DNA of 64,000 nucleotides from Wickerhamiella versatilis. Lineage: Eukaryota. A program made the translations under genes and the position numbers. Location: assembly GCA_030867685.1 (NCBI GenBank), contig JAQOWU010000004.1:1-64000 (forward strand). Reading direction: 5' to 3'. Within the stretch, counting starts at the first letter, position 1; each line of letters opens with the position of its first letter. Positions 1-11,513 of the stretch are shown here, one piece after another. The notes below the pieces were generated by a model, which saw only the letters and a list, made by a program, of their open reading frames with translations, had not been told where the DNA came from and ran no database searches.

Positions 1-332
1 TACAATTCCCTTATTATGGATTTTTTCAAGTAAGACTTATATGACAAGCCGCCTATAATCATACGCCGTACATAGAAATCATATCAAGAAGGGAAAAAAA
101 CTCTAAGGCCAGCTCAAACTGCAGGCAGTTTTCTTTCCAGAATCTATATTGTAATATAAAATCGCTTCACTAGATAGGCACCAGGGTAAGGTTCATTATC
201 TGAATGTCTCTATGAAAAACATGCCGGTATGTTAAGAGTAGAAGGACGGATTAAGACCAAAATAGCATACCTATGTCATCTGAGGGCGTATTTGAAAGAT
301 CATAACGACGTAATCAAGGGGATTTGCTTTAG

Positions 333-791
333 TTATAGGGGCACGGCAGCAAGCTTGACTTTAGGTCCACTAAAAACTGATCCCACATGTATGCCAAGAC
401 TACCGCTGACGTTCTTGAATGACATTACGGATACTTCGGACTCTAATTCCACTACCAATGTCCCATTTCGTAACTCCCACTTAGAACCCTTCGAATCTAG
501 AGGGCCATAAACGAGCGCACCAAATATAGGGTACTCTTGGCTGGCCATAACATAATTGTTAGGTGGTCTCTGAGTGAGATCAATCAAATTTCCATTTGAA
601 ATCTTAAAAGCGCCACGACGACCGAACACACCCAGAAAGCCTTCACGGTAGCCAACTGTTGCATTTGTGATCGGCCTCTCTTCATAGACATCAACGTCAA
701 TCGGTTGGGCGATAATACCGAATGTAGAACTTGATGTCCAAGCCACAACATAAGCTGCGGCGAACAACAGATACCACAGCTTCGCTAGCAT
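333..791 (-). CDS. Small secreted protein of unknown function
   Basis: 152-aa ATG ORF with hydrophobic signal peptide (MLAKLWYLLFAAAYVVA); no family recognised. Confidence 0.6.
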   Translation of the reverse strand: MLAKLWYLLFAAAYVVAWTSSSTFGIIAQPIDVDVYEERPITNATVGYREGFLGVFGRRGAFKISNGNLIDLTQRPPNNYVMASQEYPIFGALVYGPLDSKGSKWELRNGTLVVELESEVSVMSFKNVSGSLGIHVGSVFSGPKVKLAAVPL

Positions 792-1311
792 CAGTGAATA
801 AAATAATCTGAAAGCTGGTTTTTCAGCTTACTTATAACTTTTTTTTACGATGGATCGAGCAGAACGATGACATATCTGATTTACAGCGAGTCAGTACGCC
901 ACTACAAAACAACGTTTGTACTCTCTGGGCTAGAGGATAGCTGTCTATCGATCCGGATTGACCACTTCTAGGAATCTATTGAATGGGATAGGAGCGTTCA
1001 GACCCCAAAATTCGAAGTAATAGGTCATCCGAGGTAAGGGCAGTGACCGGGGGTACGACAAGTACTGTGGGAAATTCAAGAATTAACCCGTAAATGATGG
1101 ACTAAACTTATGCTAATGGCCCATTTTACATGTTTTATTGGAATAGAGTATGATACTGCCATGCAGATATCAGAGAACTGCGCCGAAGCACGTGTCCTGT
1201 ACAGGTTCTCACATACATATCCTTGCCCAATCACTCACCGGGAATCCACCGAATTATCTAACACAATCTACAGGCGGTTTGTGCAAGTCATACGTCATTC
1301 TGGAATGCCTT

Positions 1312-1332
1312 GGGCTATCTTGCATTGTCCAA
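1312..1332 (+). repeat. 41-bp dispersed repeat fragment
   Basis: GGGCTATCTTGCATTGTCCAA, exact match to the consensus unit. Confidence 0.9.
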
Positions 1333-1356
1333 ACCGCTGTATAGCGAGTAGTCGCT

Positions 1357-1396
1357 GATATCTTGCTTTATCTGGCCAGTCTTAGGTAGTGAAGTG
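1357..1396 (+). repeat. 41-bp dispersed repeat, degenerate near-full unit
   Basis: GATATCTTGCTTTATCTGGCCAGTCTTAGGTAGTGAAGTG. Confidence 0.75.
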
Positions 1397-1967
1397 CGCT
1401 AATTCGCGACGCTAACCTTTCTGACAAATCCTTTTCGACTTGTAATAGAAATTGGGATAAGTTCAGGACCCATGCTCTTTAATTGGCATAAGGGGGGACT
1501 CTAAAAATTCCATATTGTCCTAGACACACTTTACTTTACATTAAGTTCGAACGACTTTTCGTTTCTCTAGAAACCAGCTCTTATCAATGTGTGTGGCCAC
1601 ATTTGACTCATATTATTCACCTTGCTCTTCTGATAATATAACGCTATAACACTAAGGTCCCACAGAAGTACTTTAATTTCAATTAAACGCAGATTTATGT
1701 TCGAAACAAGCTTTTCGCAAGCTTATCACCTCCATCTACCTAAGATAAATTGAATATGCTTAGTCATAATAAGTCAGGGTTATTACTCCCTTTGCAGCTT
1801 GTTAAAATGAGTCTCTTACTTACGACGGTCATCTGACTTTTTTCGATAAATCCGTAATCCTCCAAGATGCTCTCGAAATCTCCGATGATATTTTGAAACT
1901 CGCTCACTAATTTTTCCCCGAAGTACTCAGGCTCGCTTCTTGCCGTGGCGTGCAAAATACTGGGATT

Positions 1968-3083
1968 CTACAGCTTTCCAACTTCAGCCAACCCCCACTT
2001 GTAAACTGGAAAACGAGATCTTACATCGTCCACACTCCACACGTTCCGAGTTTCATGGACGTCTGCCCATACGGTCTCGTCATAACTGGATTCACCCTCC
2101 CCATTATATATGTCAGAGTCTCTAACGCTTCCTCCTAGTCCACGTTTATATATCCATTGAACCATTATGGGTGGCCACACAGTAAATGATTCGATATTGC
2201 CCTTTCCTATTTCTGATTGAATCATAATATCGATAGGCATGTCAGAATCAATTGCTTGTCTGACGAGCATGCGCCTAGCCCCCCTACGACTAATTGCATA
2301 ACCAGTCGTACAACCTGGGGTCCCACTCTTTCTTATTGTCCGCTTGCCAACTCCTATATCGAAAGATTCTACCAAGGAGAAGTCATAGCGGAAAGATACT
2401 GAGCCAGGGTCTTCATATACGTTGAAGATGTCTGAAAAATCGTTCCCTTCGCCGCAGGCTCCAAAGTATATCATATCCCAGGAACTACCCCAAGGATGTG
2501 ATTTTGTGGCATTCAACCCTAAAGCTCTGTCACCGCTCAGCTTATTTAGTGCCTTAGCCATCCGCTCTGATTGCTTGCGAATATCTATACCGAATGCTGC
2601 ATCCCCTTCCAGAATGAGTGCGTTTTCCCACCCTTCCTTGAGTATTAGCTTCCAAACATTAGCATGTGAGCGAGCGCATGCCCACTGTGCTCGGTGCCCA
2701 CGATCAGTAGGTAAGGTTCCATACTGATTGGACGACGGGGGGTAGCCTGTTTTTCCGTCGTCAATAGAGTCGGCAAGCACTGAGTCTTCGACATCCCACT
2801 GTAGCCCTGACAGGTCTGCCTGCAAAGCCATAGCATCAGAGAGGTCATGTCGAGAAGGCAGGTTGAGGAAAATGATTTTTTGAAATCCAAGTGTTTCGTT
2901 CCCGGCAGCTTCGAAATCGAGGGTTTCAGAAGCTAAAGAAAGCGGCAGGCCAGATGATTTGAAGGATAACCCACTGAGGTGTCTAGCTACAGCAACCCCT
3001 ATGACAACCAGGATTAGGAAAGTTGTCGTAAACTTCCACTGGCGAAAAGGAAAAGAGGCCATTGTGACGCGAAAAAGTGACAT
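1968..3083 (-). CDS. Glycosyltransferase family 25-like, type II membrane protein (paralog 1)
   Basis: Motifs NETLGFQKIIFLNLPSRHD, ACARSHANVW, LILEGDA, CTTGYAISRRGARRML; N-terminal TM segment. Start trimmed from the 3317 ORF start to ATG 3083 (MSLFRV; 3062 is an alternative) because this matches paralog length and a TATA-like element lies at ~3130. Confidence 0.8.
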   Translation of the reverse strand: MSLFRVTMASFPFRQWKFTTTFLILVVIGVAVARHLSGLSFKSSGLPLSLASETLDFEAAGNETLGFQKIIFLNLPSRHDLSDAMALQADLSGLQWDVEDSVLADSIDDGKTGYPPSSNQYGTLPTDRGHRAQWACARSHANVWKLILKEGWENALILEGDAAFGIDIRKQSERMAKALNKLSGDRALGLNATKSHPWGSSWDMIYFGACGEGNDFSDIFNVYEDPGSVSFRYDFSLVESFDIGVGKRTIRKSGTPGCTTGYAISRRGARRMLVRQAIDSDMPIDIMIQSEIGKGNIESFTVWPPIMVQWIYKRGLGGSVRDSDIYNGEGESSYDETVWADVHETRNVWSVDDVRSRFPVYKWGLAEVGKL

Positions 3084-3678
3084 AGTTATTCCTGTACCGA
3101 AACCTTCCCTGTTACGCGAAAGTGTGATTATATAAATTGAAATGAGACTGGGTCGACACAGCAAGACAGCATAGGTACGATGAGACCCGCAGGGAGCCAG
3201 GTGTGAAATTAGAGGTCTGAATAAGAAGAAATAAAACTTATTGGTTCTAGCTGACTTTACAGTATTATATCGTAATTCAAGTGCGCTTTGAAAAGATCCA
3301 ATGATGGAAAATGTCATTTATTCTCTCAACGCTACAATTACTAATACGTTCTACATATGCAGGGTCGCAGGGTAGCCCACCACTTGAGTCTCATCGGAGC
3401 GCCATCCTCCTGTAAAGACTACTTAATGTCAATTTTTTGCATGGTACATTTGATGTTTAGAAAAGATCTAGTGGTACCCTGCTCATATTTATTCTAAGGG
3501 GATGCTCATATCATATGACGAAGCCATTCTCTATCGGATCATAAGTACACGGGGTTTAGCTGGTAGCAAATACCTTTAGTATTGACCACAAATCTCGAGT
3601 ATTTGCTAGAACACCATTACATATCTCTAGCGAAAATGACATTATTTAAGTCACTCTCCAACCGAAAATGGAGGATAA

Positions 3679-3718
3679 CAGGTGCCAAGAAATTATTTTT
3701 TCAGGTGCCAAGAAATTA
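3679..3718 (+). promoter_or_regulatory. Two 17-bp direct repeats CAGGTGCCAAGAAATTA, each containing a PacC/Rim101-type site (TGCCAAGAA)
   Basis: Copies at 3679-3695 and 3702-3718, between two divergent GT25 genes. Confidence 0.5.
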
Positions 3719-3865
3719 CGTCAGCGGTGCAGTTTTCATGTGTATGAATAATCTGGCCTAGCTAATCGTACTGCTTATTTCGACAATAACCAAGCTGTCC
3801 ATGTGCCATTTCGGTCAATCTGTGCTGTGGTTCTATACTAGTAATTATCAAACCTGTAAACAGCA

Positions 3866-3897
3866 CACTTCGCTACCTGACTGTTTGGACAATACAA
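3866..3897 (-). repeat. 41-bp dispersed repeat fragment (degenerate)
   Basis: CACTTCGCTACCTGACTGTTTGGACAATACAA versus consensus CACTTCACTACCTGAGACTGGTTGGACAATGCAA. Confidence 0.7.
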
Positions 3898-4201
3898 AAC
3901 AGTGGGCCATCTTGGTGGAACATGTTACGTAATATCATACGATATGGAAATAGCAATAACCCCTGCCTCCATATCATAGTGATGACAGTAGAGATCTGGA
4001 GAAGGAGATAAAATGTTAGAATGAACCCATGCCTATCATCCCATTTCCTACGAGATGAGGTTTTTTACTTATAGTGAGAGAACTGGTCTTCAATACAATA
4101 ATATTCACTAGACTTGAGTACCTTTTCAATGCATAAAAGAGTCCATTGATTACCAAGGCAGCTGTGGGACTTGGTTTACGCGTGATAGTTCTCCTTGGAA
4201 T

Positions 4202-5275
4202 ATGAAGAAAGCATCTTTTGGTAAAAGGATGGCCACTCGAGCGGTGATTCTAGTATCCTACATTTTATTGGTTATATTAGCCATTTGGCCCGATAGCAGG
4301 TATCCTAAAGTGTTGTTCAATGCTGCAGGTAATAGTTCGCGGGGCTTCGAAAAAATAATTTTTGTAAATCATCCTTATCGCAAGGATAATGCCAATATAA
4401 TGTCACTCGAAAGTCACTACTCCGGCATAGAGTACTTGACATCCAAAGAAGCAGACTACTATGAGTCTAAGTCCGACAAAAACGATCTTCCATCTGTAGA
4501 TGTAGCTTGCGCGTTATCACATATGAATGTCTGGAAACTAGTTCTGGAAAAAGGCTGGGCGTCAGTCCTCATCCTGGAGTCTGATGTAACTTGGGATGAG
4601 AACATCAAGAACATATCCAAACGAGCTGCAAAGGGTCTAGATACGCTGATAAATGAGAAGCGACTTAGACAAGGTGGAAGTCAGCCATCTCCGCAAGATC
4701 CATATAATGTAGAGCAGTGGGACTATTTCTCATGGGGGACCTGTTTCGACGAAGAGCGATTTGAGGCCAGTGCATCCGGCATTTACGTGAAATACCCTGA
4801 TGTCGACTCCCCAAATTGTGAATACGGCTGGCCAGAGGATGATGTGAACGATACGCTTGTAGACGAACGCATAATGAGGAAGGCTGGCTTTCCAATCTGT
4901 ACTAATGCCTATGCTTTGACTGCCAAAGGAGCCGAGAAGCTACTCCTTCGGAAGTCGCTGTTTTCAAATGGCTCTGTAGATTTAAAAATGGCTCAGGAAA
5001 TCGATAAAGGAAATTTAGTGGGTTATGAGATGTTTCCACCACCAATGTATCAGTGGCGCTATGTTGGTGATACCGGGGCAGATGGACTAAACCCTGACAT
5101 AGCTTCGGAAGAGAGGCAAGAAGAAAATATCAGTAATATTGAAGAGAAATGGAGCCAATCCCAAGACCCTAGCTTTTTCTGGGAAATTAACCATCGTAAC
5201 TACCCATGGCCGTATAAGCATTGGGTATTGAACAGGATAGCTGAAAATATGGTGTCAAAGAACACCTCTTCTTAA
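4202..5275 (+). CDS. Glycosyltransferase family 25-like (paralog 2)
   Basis: N-terminal TM; GFEKIIFVNHPYRKD, ACALSHMNVW, LILESDV, CTNAYALTAKGAEKLL; collinear with the other two GT25 ORFs. Confidence 0.8.
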   Translation: MKKASFGKRMATRAVILVSYILLVILAIWPDSRYPKVLFNAAGNSSRGFEKIIFVNHPYRKDNANIMSLESHYSGIEYLTSKEADYYESKSDKNDLPSVDVACALSHMNVWKLVLEKGWASVLILESDVTWDENIKNISKRAAKGLDTLINEKRLRQGGSQPSPQDPYNVEQWDYFSWGTCFDEERFEASASGIYVKYPDVDSPNCEYGWPEDDVNDTLVDERIMRKAGFPICTNAYALTAKGAEKLLLRKSLFSNGSVDLKMAQEIDKGNLVGYEMFPPPMYQWRYVGDTGADGLNPDIASEERQEENISNIEEKWSQSQDPSFFWEINHRNYPWPYKHWVLNRIAENMVSKNTSS

Positions 5276-6133
5276 ATTGGTTTAGGTTTTTTTGCAGCCA
5301 TAAGTTTACCACGTCTTTATAGAATGCAAAAAAGCCCACTTCGCTGATTCCAATCATGGCGTTTCTTATAACCGCATATATGTCAAGACTATTGAGAAAC
5401 GGTGAGCTTCTTTATTGTTACCGACGTCTTTCTTTCACGATTGACATAATTAGTGGATATGAACCATATGTTACTGGAGCCTTAAAAAGCTTTTGGCGTT
5501 CTCCTATTCCATCAGCATCAAACCAAAAAGTAGCTTCCTCCATTATTTCCAAAGTATGACCGGTAGAAAATAATACTTGGTCACCGCTTAATTCATGAGT
5601 CGCATTGTTAACTGCAATATTATAGACATTACCACTTATGTTCATATAGAAGTTCTCGCGAAAAGTCGATGAGAGTGCCCTCAAAGTTTGTGCGATTATT
5701 CGTAGGTCAGTTGTCTAGTCAATTGGGGTTCCTATTAGGTGAGATAACAGTTATTGACCCATTATGGGTAGCTGAGCAATGCAACACCGATCTATTACAG
5801 TCGCATCATCGCTATTGTTGTTCATATATGATCATACACATAATGTAAAGGAACAATCGATGTGCGTCGTCTAATACTTGAGGCAGGATAAGGGGAGATA
5901 TTTCATTGAGTCTAAACTCATCGTAGCAGCTACGAGCCATCCCTGACTAACAAAAAAATATCACAAGAGCTTTAGTAGGCAAATCTGAACACAGTGGTAA
6001 GGCGATCTTACATAGAAAATAGCGCATAGAAGTACAACATCTGCACTCATTTACTAGTAAAGCTAAAATGTTGGATACCACTAAAATTATACTTATATAG
6101 TTAGATATATTAAATACCTACTGGGAGAAAGGG

Positions 6134-7270
6134 TCAGTCAAGCTTGTATTTGAATTCATATTCATCATTCAGAATTTGTTCACTCGCAGTAAATCCGTAC
6201 CCATGAGTCCCAGGACTATCAGCTGATCCACCATTATTGTGATAGTTGCCACTTCCATCAACCCATATCTCTGGCTTGCCAGTACTCGTATCAATATATT
6301 GGTCGCACCAGGCCAAAATAGTCCCATCATGAGAAAGGAACTCGTCCTTGTTATAGCGCAGATACGTCTGAGGATCCAGAATGCCACTGTATCTGTAAGG
6401 CTGATCTGACCCTGCGTTGTAATTCCCGTATTCGCCAATCTGAGGGAGTGCTCCAACACTAGTGATTGCATCCAAAGCCTTCTTTACCTTGCCCTGGGAG
6501 CTCTTATCATAAACATGTATACTGCCAATAATCCGGTCTGAGCCATATTTTCCATTGCTTTGCGTGATCTTGCTGAAGTACTCGTCCTTAAACAAGGTTT
6601 GGTCCCCAGTCGTAAGGCCACCACCCCAAGCGTAATCCTCAATGGCAATAAAGCCTTCAAAGTCTTGGTCTCGCACAATTTTAACGAGATCGGCTTGCTG
6701 CTGTACCCAGTCGTCATCAAGAGGGTCAGCACCGCTACTAGCTTCGTTGACAGTATCGATGATAAAGTTCGTACCCCCAAAAATATTTGACATCTCTTTG
6801 AGAACTTGCTTAAGTTGTTCCAGCTCGTCTGGGTTTAGTCTTCTTCCTGTTGCAGATCGCGGGTTTAATTGAATAGCTACCCCGTGCTTTAAGCCTTCCT
6901 CACTGGCAGCAGTGAATATAGTCGTCACCAGCGATCGGTAATTCTGCCAGAACTCGACGGGGAACCCGATTCGCACAATACCGCCACCAGCTTCATTAGT
7001 TTCACGTACTAATTTCTTTATCTGCTCCGAAAGCTTGTTGGAGTTCGTATTTGGCGCATTAATCTCGATATGCGCACCAAAGCTACCACCGCCCTCCGCT
7101 GCTAGCAGCACGTTAGTGCCACCATGATTGCGATTCCATCCGGGATATGCATCTTCCAGGGATGTGGGACTACTGGCTTCACGCCTCTGCTCTTGGGGTA
7201 TAGGAGATGCGAGAACACACGCAGCAAAAAACGCGCTGATCAATGTTGCAATTGTTCTTATAGCAACCAT
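6134..7270 (-). CDS. Secreted glycoside hydrolase, GH5-like (clan GH-A)
   Basis: Signal peptide plus dibasic QRR; VRIG, acid/base IIDTVNEA, SIHVY, nucleophile PQIGEYG, LAW. Confidence 0.7.
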   Translation of the reverse strand: MVAIRTIATLISAFFAACVLASPIPQEQRREASSPTSLEDAYPGWNRNHGGTNVLLAAEGGGSFGAHIEINAPNTNSNKLSEQIKKLVRETNEAGGGIVRIGFPVEFWQNYRSLVTTIFTAASEEGLKHGVAIQLNPRSATGRRLNPDELEQLKQVLKEMSNIFGGTNFIIDTVNEASSGADPLDDDWVQQQADLVKIVRDQDFEGFIAIEDYAWGGGLTTGDQTLFKDEYFSKITQSNGKYGSDRIIGSIHVYDKSSQGKVKKALDAITSVGALPQIGEYGNYNAGSDQPYRYSGILDPQTYLRYNKDEFLSHDGTILAWCDQYIDTSTGKPEIWVDGSGNYHNNGGSADSPGTHGYGFTASEQILNDEYEFKYKLD

Positions 7271-8976
7271 CTATTGTTAGTTTTTTGTTAATCCATGAGA
7301 TCAGAGGTCGTATTTATACTTGCTGGCTTATTCAATCAATGATAGTTCTCTGCATTCGTATTATTCCTTACATGAGATCCGAGATAGAAGGTATAGCATT
7401 TCGATACAGCACTTCGATCTATAGCCGCACACCATAGAGTGGATTTTACCTACGCTACACAAGGTCTTGGTGTCATGTTTCCATATCAAAATGCCCTGAA
7501 ATAGTCTGTTGTGTTGATCTACTGCTGATATCCCTATGCTCTGAAACTGGAAGATCACACCTAACCCGGAAGGTACTTTTGTCGAAAGCACATCAGATTA
7601 GCTATGAAATATCGTTACAAATATGCAAAAATAAAAAGTAGGGATTTTATGCCACGGTATAGTACGCAGCGAGTGCTGTTACACTTGAATCGGGCTTGCA
7701 TTGCGGTTAACACTTCGTGCGCTTGACCCGTACCCTACGACTTACGGTTTGGATCACGTAATCACCGCAGGTATTTGGAAATAAGCTATTGTCTCTAGAT
7801 AGAGAAATTGCAGCGACGAGAGAGAAACAAAAAAGCCTAGAGGAAGCACAGCAGCCTCCTCATGCAATTGTGACTGGTTGGAAAGATTTAGCTGACTGCC
7901 CAGCATTCGGCATGATGTTTGTTGCCGGCGGATTTTACCTACCCTAACATCCAGGTACCTACAGCATCAGTTGGGCTTCACGTGGAATTATGAAGAGAAA
8001 ATCATAGTATCCTTTTCCCTCAGGTTGCATATCTTTGATTATTTCTATAATAGACTGCTTAGTGCGTAAGATAAAAAATGCCACGAAGAATATAAAAAAA
8101 CCCCAAGATGCTGCTCAATTACTGACGATACCTCCAAATAAGGATACCCGCGCCGATGACAGGCATGAGAAAGAACACGAAATTCGAAGAACTTTTGGTT
8201 CTACATAATTTGGGGTCGTCTAAAAAGGGATTCTCTAAGAGTTTGCAGCATCATTATAATCAGTCGCTACTCCTTCAATGCTGCTGTTATAGGGAAAGTC
8301 GTAAAAAATTCATAGTCTCTAATCATAATATTGAAATTGTGTTGGGGTATGTACATTCATCAATCAATTATATATCGGCCTGCCAGAGGATTCCTGCGGA
8401 GGATGGCTATGATGCAGGCATGCCACCCCACATCTCATCTACCCTACCTGCGACTCAAAGGGTACCGTGGTGCTCCACTAAAGTTTTTCAAACGCCAGGC
8501 TCTTCCGACGTCAGGTTATACTATTTAGCCAACTAAGTGGCCACGAACCCCAACAATTCTGTCTAAAGATAACTTGCGCGACGTGATCCGACAGATTAAT
8601 ATCAGCTAGATACTTGTGTGAGATAATAACTTAGTAATAATAACCAATTATAAAAGATATACACGGCCACCCTTTTTGTAAAGTTGGTTAGACAGTACAA
8701 AAAGGACCGAAATTGGACGAAACGCGTTCAACATTCTAGATGGTCCCAAACAAGCCACACAGCAGGTGCAACAACAGATGCTTATTATATACCATCACAA
8801 TTGGAACCCACCTTGCTACCAGTGGCACTAAATATGACCATGAAAATTGCAATAATTGGCAGTTCCTGGTAGAGATATCTTATAATATGCTTGCAGAGAC
8901 TTAGAGATGTTTAGCCAAGCCAGGGCTGGTGCCAGACACTACAAATACTTTGTTAGACTTTGGTTGAAGTCCGGTT

Positions 8977-9007
8977 GGCTATCTTGCATCGTCCAACCAG
9001 TCTCAGG
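8977..9007 (+). repeat. 41-bp dispersed repeat fragment
   Basis: GGCTATCTTGCATCGTCCAACCAGTCTCAGG, 1 mismatch to consensus. Confidence 0.95.
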
Positions 9008-9937
9008 CTGCAGATTGGATTGACTGGATTGAACAAGCAATTATAGCGAAGGTAATTGGAAGTGAATCGGGTGGATGTCTTGTTCGTAGTATTGGAATAT
9101 CTAGCTTCTTAGGCCACTTCAGATGTGCTGAACCAGCGAAGCTCATGACTTCTTTCACTGAAAAGTATTCTATTCAAGCAATTGCGATCTCTTAATCACT
9201 GTTGCTGAGAACCCTCTGGGTGGTGCAAGGAATATTTTTTACGCAGTTTAGTGTCACATCCATAGAATGGATCCCTTATCGAAACACCATATTTAGGTGC
9301 TGTCATTATGTCACCAGAATAGCTTTGGGCCCGATTTCCTTTGAGACTTATCCTACTACCAGCCTTTTGATCAGCTTTGGTCAATATTTCACGACTTGGA
9401 CTGTTTTCTTGCCGACAAACTAGCCCTTCGGACTTATCCTACCCCAGCCCTGCTCCCTACATGCGGTGTACGAGATGACTTCGTTCGCTGCTAGCCGCAC
9501 TATAAAGTGAGATGCAATGCAAAATATAAAGAAAAACGTGGCTCTCAGAAGGATACTGCATACCTTAAGGATTCTATTCTTCGACCCTGAGATAAGGTAG
9601 ATCTTATTTGGGCAAGGTGACATCCTTCAAACCTAACCTGATTACGGCGTGCAATGCTTATATGAAACTGTAAAAGAAGCAAAAGCACAAGGAGGAGACT
9701 CTTTTAGAGCTTAGTTGTGTTGCATATGCTACCACATAACAGTTTGGCTTGTCGAGACAGTGGTATGTCCACATCTTAGCCGTCGATTTCCTGCGGAATT
9801 TCCCTAAGTGTCTTATGCTTTGCATAATGCAGACAAGCACTATGACGGGCAAGGGTATTACTTTTGCCGGACGTAGCATCACTGATATAAATGTGGGAGA
9901 TTATCTGCATCTGGCCACCACGTGCAACTACTAACCA

Positions 9938-11104
9938 ATGGTCAGCCTTTCCACCTGCTTTGCTACCTTGGTCCTTGCCAGCGGGGCTCCTGTCCTTGAG
10001 GCCCGTGACGGCCATGGCCCCATCGCGGACCAAATGCTGTCTTTGTACCTTCCTGAGGACGTACTTGATGCGTTGTACGAGTATTCACCTCTCAATACCC
10101 TACTTAGTGCTATAGCCAAGCCTTCTGCACAGACTTCGGCTCCCGCTTTTTACAACCTTCTCACTGACAAGAATGCCCACGTTGACAACGTTGATGCTAA
10201 TAGTCAGAACAGTGATCCAAATGCGCCCACAGTGAGAGATTTCATTCGTATAGCAGAAGTTATGGAAAGCACAAGTATCTGGAATGTCCCTGCTCCTCCT
10301 AGCGGTATATCAGCGTACAACGTACCTAACAGCCAGGTACAACTCAGCGCGTATGATACAGGCAGTGGCATGAATGCCCGCGTATTCAAGACTGATGGCA
10401 AAAACAAACTAATAATTGCTTACTCTGGTTGGAATCCAAACAATCTTCCAACAGATATCGGTGCTTTTCTTTCCGACGAGGGAAGTATAGCAGGCAAGAT
10501 CTCGGAAGGACAGAAGAATGCAGCGGCATTTGGCCGACTTGTATATCAAATCGCTAAAAACAATGGTTATAGTGCTGAAGATATATATATAACCGGGCAT
10601 TCACTTGGTGCCTGCCAAGCCGAGTATGCGGCTCAGCAGCTGGGATTTGGCGGGATTGCCTTCGAAGGTACTGGCATTCCTGCTGGTTCGAATCCGGGCA
10701 GCAATTTTATAAGCACGGTTAACTATGGTGACGTCTGGGGTAGTTATGCCTCTGATGTTCCGAACAATCCACTTGAAGAGCTCGGAACGCCGCAAAATCT
10801 AAACCATTACGGCAAGGTTGTAATGGCTGGGGAAGAGCAACATGCTGAGGAAGTCAAAAATTGGATTAATACAGTATTCGGCAATCCTGTCGCGAAACAA
10901 GTTGCTGTATACAAGCCCCTTAGTTTCCTGCTTGCGTTTATCTGGGACCAAATTTCTCAAACTACAATTTCAATTTTTGGTCTCAATATTCCCCTTACGC
11001 TTCCTGGTGGCCACGCATCGTATCATCCGATAAACGAGCACTGGATCTCCGAACATGGATACTGCCAATTGACTGCTGGTGCCTGGTACAACAAGCTTGG
11101 ATGA
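9938..11104 (+). CDS. Secreted alpha/beta-hydrolase (class-3-lipase-like)
   Basis: Signal peptide and propeptide (..VLEAR); LIIAYSG and nucleophile elbow YITGHSLG; VNYGDVW. Confidence 0.75.
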   Translation: MVSLSTCFATLVLASGAPVLEARDGHGPIADQMLSLYLPEDVLDALYEYSPLNTLLSAIAKPSAQTSAPAFYNLLTDKNAHVDNVDANSQNSDPNAPTVRDFIRIAEVMESTSIWNVPAPPSGISAYNVPNSQVQLSAYDTGSGMNARVFKTDGKNKLIIAYSGWNPNNLPTDIGAFLSDEGSIAGKISEGQKNAAAFGRLVYQIAKNNGYSAEDIYITGHSLGACQAEYAAQQLGFGGIAFEGTGIPAGSNPGSNFISTVNYGDVWGSYASDVPNNPLEELGTPQNLNHYGKVVMAGEEQHAEEVKNWINTVFGNPVAKQVAVYKPLSFLLAFIWDQISQTTISIFGLNIPLTLPGGHASYHPINEHWISEHGYCQLTAGAWYNKLG

Positions 11105-11513
11105 CTAAATTGATAATTACGTCCAATATACTTGGTTTTCCTATGCTTTGCGGCATAATTTGATCTAGAGTACCCTTTTTTTATACAGAAATATACCATT
11201 TTAGACAGTTCAGAGTTGCACGTCCCCATTATCTCACAGATAGAAAAACGTTGAACTCATGCCATCTAGAGAAGTTCCGATTAGGCCATTCCAGGAATTT
11301 AAGAGCACTTCTGGCATCCTCATGGTAGACTATGTACAATTTTGAATGGCTACACGGAATTTTATTGGGGGTGCAATACTTATGGAGTAATATTTGATCA
11401 TCTGGAGCTGAATGAAATTTCAATGAGCTCTTTTTCGGTTGGTACCTCGAATTGTAGAATTCGAAAGTTATTTGTAGTGTTGCGGTTAATAAGAAAAACG
11501 TGTTGCTGATCTT

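Noticed and set aside
3084-3317. N-terminal extension of the GT25 ORF (similar cases at 13161-13325, 32684-32830 and 63150-63206)
   Set aside because: These extensions precede the signal/TM or homologous start, some contain TATA-like or regulatory motifs, and some begin at non-ATG codons
5418-5684. 88-aa ORF
   Set aside because: Non-ATG start and no recognisable motif; it could be a relic but I cannot support that
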